64,000 nucleotides of DNA from Salpingoeca rosetta (taxonomy: Eukaryota; Protista; Choanoflagellata): positions 719,494-783,493 of the forward strand of contig JAWQFM010000015.1 of assembly GCA_033442325.1 (NCBI GenBank). The letters are read 5' to 3'. Positions 46,860 to 64,000 of the stretch are shown here, in pieces (position 1 is the stretch's first letter; every line of letters begins with the position of its first letter). The notes beneath the pieces were generated by a model. That model made no database searches. It saw only the letters and a program-made list of their open reading frames with translations, and had not been told where the DNA came from. The position numbers and the translations under genes are program-made.

Positions 46860-47290
46860 GACACACGCACGCACACACGCACACACAGACACACACAGAC
46901 ACACAGACACACAGACACACAGACACACACACACACACCCGACCTGCGTTGGATGGAGACGGAGCGACGGAGGCAGGCGTCACAGAAGATGTGCTGCGAT
47001 GGACACATGGAGGCATCACGGATGCCCAGCAGGCATATGGGACAGCGAAGGAGATTGTCCAGCTTGTGCACAAACATGGCTTCATCCCAGCCTGCGACAT
47101 CTTCCGCCACGTCCATGGTTCCTGTTGATGATGTTGCTGCTTTGTAATTGCTGTTGTCTTGCAAGTGAGCCACACCTGTGTCATGCACAACAGTCATGTC
47201 ACATCATCACATCAGCTTGTATGAAGGGGTAAGAGCAAGACACACACGCACACGGTGGCAGCTTAACCACGGTTTGACACACACACACAC
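46860..47290 (-). pseudogene. Duplicate of exon 1 plus upstream region of the RING gene (ATG at 47116); downstream RING exons absent
   Basis: Same peptide MDVAEDVAGWDEAMFVHKLDNLLRCPICLL...SIQRR as 35454-35282, with near-identical flanks. No CPVC exon follows. Confidence 0.8.
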
Positions 47291-47927
47291 ACCCAGGCAG
47301 ACACACACAGACACACAGACACACAGACACACACAGACACACAGACACACAGACACACACATACACACACAGACAGAGGCGACGACGACAGCAGCAGGAA
47401 CTCGACGACACCATGCCAACTCGACGACGCGCGTCAGAATTGTCGACAAACTCACACACAGATCACAGGTTTCAATGAGCCACCCCCAGCAGTGATCCGT
47501 CCACCACATCCAACTGTAACTGTGACCGTGACACGCCAGCCACGCAACCACACAAACAAGCAAACGCAAGCAAACGCAAGCAAACACACCCCTCCAGTAG
47601 TCCAGTCCCTACCATCAACATGCTTGCTTGTCGGTCCTCATCGTGTGTGGAACTGACAGCAGCGGCCCTGGTGTACTGTCTCGGTTTTTTTGCCTCCTCC
47701 TGATTTTGCTTCATTCTTTTTTCGAACACACCTCGTGTTTGTGCCGCTTGCAGACCACACGCTTCTGTGGCTGCCTTACCGCAGCCTGGTTGCTTGTTGG
47801 TCTCTGCGAACTCGCACTCCACATCCGCTCCTGCCAAGCCCCAAACAGAGAGAGATTGAGATTTCAAGAGACTGAGAGACTTCCTCCCTTCCACCCCCTT
47901 CCGCCTTGTCAACAACACTTCATCGCC

Positions 47928-55961
<8,034 letters not shown>

Positions 55962-56467
55962 GGTCGGTCGGCACGGCACAACCCAAACGAAACCAAACAA
56001 GTCAATCCACGTGTGAAGTAAGCGCATTCATGCACCCTGCTTCAGCGTAACCCCCCTTCCCCTCTTTTTCGTTCGTTTTTTCCCTTCCCTCTTTCACTTT
56101 CAGGATCCCCCCCCCCCTCTTTTGAAGTGAGTGCTGTCATTCATTGTCACGCACTCTTCTTCTCTCCTTTCTTCTGTTCCCCTCTTTCACCCCATTCCTT
56201 GACCTTCCGACCTACCTCTTCTCTTCTTTCTTCTTCCCCCCCCCCCTCTTTCCACCCCTCCCATCGTTTCCTCCTCTTTCGTTGATGTTCTCCACGTTTT
56301 CCTACCGGTTTCCATCCACACTGCACAGCACAAGTCCGTGTTTCTTGTTCCTCTTTGTCTCCCCTCTTCCCGTTACTGTGACTTTTCTTTCCTCTCGTAT
56401 CTTTTCTGTGGTCTCCCGTTCGTCCGACGCCCCGACGTCGTTTTCCTCGCTCGCCACCGCCATCGCC

Positions 56468-57230
56468 ATGCCCCCTGCCGCGATCACGACCACGACCACG
56501 ACCACCACGACCACGCACTCATCCACCGCCCTCACCTGCCACCACGACGCGTCTACTCACTGCCCTCACCACTGCCACCACCCACCGCCACCGCCACCGC
56601 CACCGCCCCCATCACCGCCTGAAGATGTAATGACGGCATGTCTGGGCCACGCCCACTTGTTGTCACAATCGCCCACCCGCTGGGCTTTTGATGATTGCTT
56701 CCGCTTTCGCTCCCCAAAGGAACGTGTGTCTCCACTGGTGAGCTGACTCTCCTTGGTGGCGCCGCGTCCATTGCAAACTCCTTTTGCAACCCATCACTGC
56801 ATGTGCACACACGCTGCCGTGCCGTGGTGACCCTTTACTGGTTTTGGAGGCGGGCCATCACACGCCGCTTCGAACCCGACAACTCAGACGTGTGAACGTA
56901 TGCGCGAGTGTGTTGAAGTGTGTGGGTGTGTGGGTGTGTGGGCGAGTGTGCGTGTGAGAGTGTGTGCGTGTGAGAGTGTGTGATTGTGTGTGATTGTGTG
57001 ATTGTGTGTGAGTGTGGCACTTGATTTGTGGGTGCGCGCATGGCTGAGCTTTTACGTTGACGCCGTTTGATTTTTTTTCTGTTGTTGTTGTTCTGCCTCA
57101 CATCTGCACCCTGAGAAGCACGCAGGCCTTTGTGCGTTGTGGAGTGTTGCCTGCGACATCCTCTGTTCACTTACAGGAGAGCAAGGTGGACGATGGCTGT
57201 GGATTCATGATTATGGTTGACTGTCGTTGA
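56468..57230 (+). CDS. Possible small two-exon hypothetical protein (56468-56737, 57177-57230)
   Basis: GCCATG start, CTG|GTGAG donor, in-phase TTACAG acceptor; low complexity and no recognisable family. Confidence 0.3.
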
Positions 57231-58319
57231 CCATGGTTCTCCACAACCCGGCCACGTTGCTGTCGTGTGGTGGCGGATGTCTCTTGTCTGCACTCGGCGA
57301 TTGCTTTAGTTTGTGCTCTTCCCCGTGTGCGTGTGTGCGGCAGCTGTGTGTTGGTCTCCGTTTGTTGTTTTCGTTACAAGGGTGTTTGCATTGCGGTACA
57401 CATGTGCGTTGCGTTGCCTTGTGGCGCGACGTGTGACGTGTGACGTGCACATGAGCGCCCCGCGTGACATTGTTGCTGCTTTCTGTTGACCAATACACAG
57501 TGGACGAATGGGCATGCCGATGGGGGGAAACGCGAAGAGGAGGCGGAGTAAGCGATGGAGATGAGAGTGGAGAATGGAGGATATAGGGGAGGTGATGGTG
57601 ATGATGGGAGTGCAACCACATCGACCATCCCCACACACCCGCGCACGCACGCATCTGAAAAAGACGCGGCACGACCATCATGACTCGATTCCTCTCTTCG
57701 CTCCTTACTGTTGTTTTCCTTTTCTTCGTTCCACACTGCGAAAAATCGTTCGTATGTCTTTTCCTCACAGCAGCAGCAGCAGGCGCTTACAGAAGCAAGC
57801 AAGCAAGCAAAGCAAGGCCAAGCTGGTGTTGTTCGTGTGGTGTGTCCCGCCCCATCATATCCAACAACACGCCCGCGCAGACACGCAGCACTTCCTCCTC
57901 TTCTCTTGTTTGCTAGTCTTTGCGTGTGTGTTGCTCGCTCTCTTGTTGCTCTCGACCTGACTTTCATCACCAGCAACGCCGCAAGCAAGCACAGGTGAGG
58001 CGACAAGTCACGCTACACGTGGGTTTGTTCGTTTGTGACTGTGAGCAGGGCTTACACGCGCAAGAAGAGAGATTGTGTGTGTGTGTGTGTGTCATGTGTG
58101 GCTTGCGTTGTGCAGACAAAAGTGAAAGAGGTGAGGACACCCAAAACGGGCAGTGTGTGTGTGTGTGTGTTCGTGTGCGTTGTGTCTCATTTCTCTCTCA
58201 CTCTCTGTCTTTGTTTGTTGTGGGTTCATTGTTCTTCGCGCCAGCCAAGCGTCCTTCTTCATTGTAATCAACCCACAACGCACACACGCGTGCGCGGTGC
58301 CCACGGGGAACAAGGGGCC

Positions 58320-59773
58320 ATGATTCATTCAAGCACAACTCTCGACACCGCACGTCCTCCCATTCAACAACAGGTGTGTGTGTGTGTGCGTGTGTGTGGT
58401 GTGCGTGTGTGCTGATGGTTTGATGGCACTCATAAGTCTCATGTGAATGAATGAACGTGCAATGGTGTGTGTGTGTGTGTGTTTTGCAGATGGCGGAACC
58501 ACTTCGACCATCCACGCCAGAGCCGAGGTTACGGCCCTCGTTGATTCCACGGCACGTGGACGCCATCAACTCGCCGCCTCGCATGATCCACACCATTGGC
58601 ATTGCGCGTAACGGGCATCGACGAGTGCGGCCGCACCCACGCCGGGCCACACCATCGTCCTCGGCGCTGTCATCGTCGTCATCGTCATCATTGTCGAGGA
58701 GAGCGCGCCTGGACAGCGAGGACGACAGAGGCGGCAGCAGCATGCGCACTCGGCGGCGGTCTGGCCGCTCGCGCTCGCCACTGCAGTTCCGGCCCCGCAG
58801 CCGACTCGATTCGTGGGGCGACAGCGGCGACGACGACGAACGGCGCCGGCGACCACGCACCATCATCGTGCGGCGCAACCTCATGGACCAGCAGCAGAGC
58901 GAAGGACACACTGGGCGGCAAGCGACCGGTACAAGCCAACACGGCGCGGAGACCAGGGAGACACCAGTTCAACCACAAGCGACCACTCCCGCCACGGTAA
59001 CGGCAGCGGCGAGCAGGGACCAGCAGGCGTGGCCGCCACTGATCCGGCCATCGCCCGTCTTGCGGCCTGTCGCGCTGTACGATGTTCGCCATCATCAGCG
59101 TCACGCCATCGATACCAGCGCCACCATCAGCCACAAACACGACGACACCAGGGTGCAGGGCATGGTTTGGGTGCCGCCGTCTCTTTCATCCTCAACGGCA
59201 TCCTCAACCACATCCTCAACCACATCATCGGCATCATCCTCTGAGTGCAAACCGGTCTTCTTCGACATCAAGGCGCCGATGGCGTTGGACAGGAGGGGCG
59301 CGTTCACCGCCAATTCAACGTGTCGTGTGAGCGCTGGTCGTGTCCACGACCAAGATGAGGACACCGTTCAGGGCGACATGGCGCGGCTGTCACTGACAAC
59401 GGCACAACATAGCAACAAGGGCAACAGCAGCAACAGCAGCAGCAGCAACAGCAGCAACAGCAACAACAGCAACAACAGCAAGACCAAAACCGGTTTGGTG
59501 ACGGTTGACAGTGGTGAAAGTGATTGCGGCACTGACGCAGCGACCAAGGCGTGCTGCAAGCCGCTCGCCAATGACAACAACAGCGACGAGGCGGGGACAC
59601 GTTCCTTTGAAGGAAAGCTTATGGCGGATGATGGTGTTGATGGCGGTGATGTGATTGCGTCTGCACGGCGGTCGCTGCATGCGTTACAACAGCAACAGCG
59701 ACAGAAGCGTGCAGGAAACAAGCCCACGCTTCAATTCCGCCCGCTCTCTCGCACGGCATCTCACTCGCCCTGA
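58320..59773 (+). CDS. Ser/Arg-rich, mostly disordered hypothetical protein (short exon 58320-58373, main exon 58490-59773)
   Basis: ~428-codon open frame after a TTTTGCAG acceptor, with an in-phase upstream ATG exon. Confidence 0.55.
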
Positions 59774-60769
59774 CGTGGTGTGGAAAGGGTAACAGCGTCA
59801 TGGCTCTAGGTGTCCGCGATGTTTTGTTTGTCTGTCTGGTTGGTTGGTTGGTTGGTTGGCTGGTTAGGTAGAAGTTTGTTCGGTGAAGGCTCTGGGGCTT
59901 GTTCGTTGGTCGACAACACCGTGCGTGTGCGTGAATGTGTGCATGCGACATGAAATGATCAATACACCATTTAAGCTTGAGAACAATTGAGGCAAGCGTC
60001 GCAGAACAAGAAGAAGAAGAAGGTGAACAAGCGGGCATGGTAGTCAAACACAACCAGCAAACAAGCCACAAGGGAGGAAGGTGTCAGTGGCAAAAAGGTC
60101 GCAGCCCAGAAGCAAACAGCAAAGCAAGCAAGCAAGGGGCAAAAAAAAAAAAGGCGCGCCGCGCAAACTGCAAATTGACGGTGATTTGACAAAAACAAAA
60201 CGGCCAAAAAACCGGACGCGATGTTGAAATCAAAACAAAACGCACATCACCGCACTGACCAGAGATTAATCGTTGAAGACACCCATTAATTGTCGCTGCC
60301 TACCTGAACCTGACCTTCAAGGCGGGTCATTTGAGCCACCGAAGCGAAGCAAAACGCCACCCAAACGGGTTGGTGACAATGCGACGACGTCGCAAGAAGT
60401 GCGAGCAAGCAAGCAAGGCAAGCTGCGATTTGTTGTGGTGACAAAAGCAAGCAAGCAAGAAGCGAGGTGTGCGCGTGGTTGTGGAGACAAAAGCTTCGCA
60501 AGCAAACAAGCAACCAACAAACAACACAACCCCAACAAGCAACCAACAAGCAACCCAACAACAACCCAACACCAAGCACACACAACAACCCAACACACAC
60601 AACAGACAGACAGCTGAGCAAGGAACCGCACGTCTCCGTCAGTCAGGCGGTCAGCCAGCCAGCGTGAATGGGATTTCATTTTCAGCGAGACGCCAACCAA
60701 GAGCACGACCGCCGCACACACGCGAAGCAGCATTGCGGGTGAGTTGCGCGAACAACCACCTGGCCTGGC

Positions 60770-60823
60770 ATGAACAGATACAGCAACAACGGCACGATGC
60801 CACGCTCAACAACGGCCGACAAG

Positions 60824-60857
<34 letters not shown>

Positions 60858-62962
60858 CGTCGGTACGGTACGACAATGTACAGCAGCTGCGGCGTGAGGG
60901 CGACGAGTTTCTCGGCCAGCGACGTCGTCAGAGCAATCATCACAGCAGCAAGCACGCGATGCATGCCATGCGTGCAATGCAGGATGCGTGCGGACGTCGC
61001 CCGTCAGCGCCCGTACAGATGCAGATGCAGATGAGCAAGGCAAAGGAGCGAGCCGTTGCCATGCACGATGCATGTGCACGCCGTCCCTCCGCACCCGTGC
61101 CACTGCAGAGGCAGCAGCAGCAGCAGCAGCAAGGCAGCGCGAGTGCATCTCGCCGGCCCTCGCGTGCTGGCCACAGCGCAGGCGAGCCCCATTGCCGCCT
61201 GCTGCGGTCTATGGATTTTTCCGCGCTCATGGCACGCGCAGAGAGTGGCGCATCATCGTCGTCCCTCGCATCGTCATCATGCTCCATCGACGGCGGACGT
61301 GGCAGAGCGCGCCGCAGCAGAGAGTGCGCCGCTCCCTCCACAGATGACGCCGACAGCGAGGTGGATATCCTCGGGCCACGGCGCACGGCGAGCCCAAGCG
61401 TGGCATCTGCACGCGGCTGTGCCACCACGCGATCTGGCACCGCAACGCCGCTCGCCGGCAGCCCACGCATTCGCCGTCGTCATCGCCGCGGACACGCGCG
61501 CGCAGCCAGCACCAGTGGCGCCGCAACCAAGCAGGCAGAAGGTGCAGAGAACACGCCACCAAACTCGCCCCACCTCCGCCGCGAGCCCGCAGCAAGAGAG
61601 GCTGCGGACGCGACGCCGTCGTTGCCCTTCTCCTCCTCCTCCTCCTCCTCGTCAACCCGCGAGCAGCAAGAGGATGCGGTGCGCAGCGTGCTGAGCAAAG
61701 TGAACAGCATCGCCAGCGTGATGTCACCGCGCCGCCGCCGCAAGGTGCTGTCGAAGGTGCGCGCCGTGGCAGAGACGAGCCCCATCAGCGTTGCCGGTGC
61801 AGAGGCAGCGCTTCCAGCCGTGCTGTCCGCACAGCTCGTCTCCAGGATGGCCAGCATGCGCATGGGAGACGACGGGAGGCAGGAGACAGGTGCGAGGAGG
61901 GATGAGGAGGCAGACGCAGGCGGAGAGCAAGTGGGCGAACCGGGCAAACGGCGCCAGCAACAGCTGCAAGTACCAGCACCGCCCTCTCAACCGCCGATGT
62001 TGCGTGGCACAAGTAAGGCGTCAAAGGGCAGCAACTACCGGCTGGAGGCCTGTGTGACGGACAGCCCCATGCAGCGCGCAGATGCGTTGTCGCTGCTGTT
62101 TGAAGAGGAGAGCACGAGCGCGTACACGAGTGGCACTACGAGTAGCAGCAGTACCGCCAGCAGTGCAAGAAGCAGCAGTGTGTGGATGCACGGCCATGAC
62201 AGTGCAAGCACTCGCAGTACTCGCAGCACTGCGTCCCATTTGACTGTGACGAGCGAGGAGGAGGACGATCCTGCTTACGCTGTCATCAACACGGGTGACT
62301 TTGACTTCTTCAGCAGTGACGACGAAGACGAAGGCGACGATGAAGTTGAGGTTGGCGCGCAGGGGCAGACGGTGCATGGCAATGACGGGCATGATGCAGA
62401 GGGAGGCGTGGTGGTGGGAACGAGTGCGTTGGCCCGTGCTGCTGCCATGCGCGATTCACGGCAGATTGCACAACCGCGCACATCGCCCAAGATGATGCGG
62501 CGGCGGCGGCAGAAGAAGGGAAAGGACAACGGGAGCAAGCACAAGGAGATGGCAATGCAGGAAAAGACAGCTGGCATTGAAGAGCCACAGTACGCCGACG
62601 TGCGGCTGGCCTCAAAGGTGTGTCAAATGCTTTGTTTTTGTTTTTTTGGAAGGGGGGGGGGAACAAGAAAGAGGGAGGAGGCTGGAGGGCTGGGCGACGC
62701 ATGTGCATGTGTGTGTGTGTGTGCGTGCGTGCGTGTGTGTGTGTGTGTTGAGGGGAGTCACGTTCTCATGTGCCAATGTGGGTGTGTTTTGCTTTCACTC
62801 CTTCAGGCGCTTGCGCATGACTATGATACGGATGATGATGAGGACGGCGCGTACGCCCGCATCTCGCGTGTTCTTTGCGGTGAGTCAGAAAAGGGTGGAA
62901 CGAACGGGTGTGGTTTGTCTTGATGCGTGTGTGCGTGCGTGTGTGTGTGTGTGCATGCGTGC

Positions 62963-63040
<78 letters not shown>

Positions 63041-63835
63041 CACGACCGAGTGATAATATGTTGCATGTGCGTGCGTTGAATTGTAGATGGGCTGTGGGAG
63101 AGCGGGTGGATGGACGCCAACGCCGGCAGCGACACCGATGATAGCGAGTTTGAGATTCACGACGAGGATTACGATCCAAACGCCGTGTACAGCAAGGTTG
63201 GTTCGTTGGGAGGGGCATGGCATTGTTAGAGAGGAAGAGGATGGGGAGGAGGAGCAGAGAAGGCGTGTGTTAGCTGTTTGACTGTTTGAGTTGATTGCTC
63301 ATGGGCATTGATCAGATTGATTGACTGCTGCTGACGCTGACATCATGTGGTGACGTTGCATTGCTAGGTGATTCCAAAGGATCGGCGCAAGAAGACACCG
63401 CCTCTTCCGATTCGGCAGTACATCCTCAAGCACTACCGCTTCGCAGGGCAAGGTGTGTGTGTATGTATGTGTGTTTGTGTGTTTGTGTGTGTATGTATGT
63501 GTGTTTGTGTGTTTGTGTGTTTGTGTGTTTGTGTGTGTGTGTGTGTGTGCTCTCGACATTGTGTTGTGCTTTTGCATTTAACGTGTGCGGAGGATCTCTG
63601 TCCGCCCTTCTCTTCACTAACATACACACTCTCACACATACACACACACACTCACACTCAATCACACACACACGCGCGCGCATACATTCACTATCACGTA
63701 TCAAGGCCCGGAACCCTCGGAGCTGAACGATCCGCGAAGAGCGCAGGCGCGTCGTGCCGCGTATCTGTACCGCCTCAAGCGCGGTGACCGCCGCCAAAAC
63801 TCGCCGCAGCGGCACATTCGCGGCAACAAGCAGGC
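60770..63835 (+). CDS. Low-complexity signalling/adaptor-like protein with repeated Tyr motifs; multi-exon, probably continues beyond the window
   Basis: ~616-codon first exon, then short exons ALAHDYDTDDDEDGAYARI, DYDPNAVYSK|VIPKDRRKKTPPLPIRQY. Confidence 0.6.
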
Positions 63836-64000
63836 GTAGAGTGGCCTTGGGGGAAGGGGGAGGGATGCGTTGAGGCAGTGGATTGGGGGAAGCACACACT
63901 GTTGAGGGAGATCGAAGGAAGTTGAGGGAAGGAGACAAGTTGAGGAGAAGCATGCATAGATGCACGCTTCTTGTTCTTCTTCACATTGCTTTCTTCCACT

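Overview
Eukaryotic, intron-rich, GC-rich genomic DNA with (CA)n/(TG)n microsatellites in most introns and poly-Q proteins. The style resembles a choanoflagellate such as Salpingoeca (inference only). There is one 100-N gap. Gene models were built by hand from GT-AG sites and phase. The main result is a ~19-kb innate-immunity-like island (4.6-23.7 kb). It holds a head-to-head gene pair 496 bp apart: an LRR-ROC(SAM-like insert)-COR Roco protein with a C-terminal ~86-aa helical domain, and an effector carrying two tandem copies of that same domain fused to a PNP/nucleosidase domain. The shared domain looks death-fold/DED-like, giving a caspase-8-like layout with a nucleosidase in place of the caspase. 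Next to the pair is a TIR-NACHT*-TIR-NACHT-pentapeptide-WD40 NLR-like gene with a myristoylation motif. The second highlight is a 303-nt, stop-rich, highly self-complementary cassette exon in an ATF4/CHOP-like bZIP gene; skipping it restores the full ORF. Also present: USO1/p115 (3' part), TRAPPC4, a CoA-binding protein, a PGP-type HAD phosphatase, a RING-TRAF-zf-SPRY ligase with a MYCBP2-like Cys motif, a rearranged block (truncated CCDC40, two frameshifted tandem paralogs, duplicated RING exon), a dsRBD DEAH helicase and low-complexity proteins.
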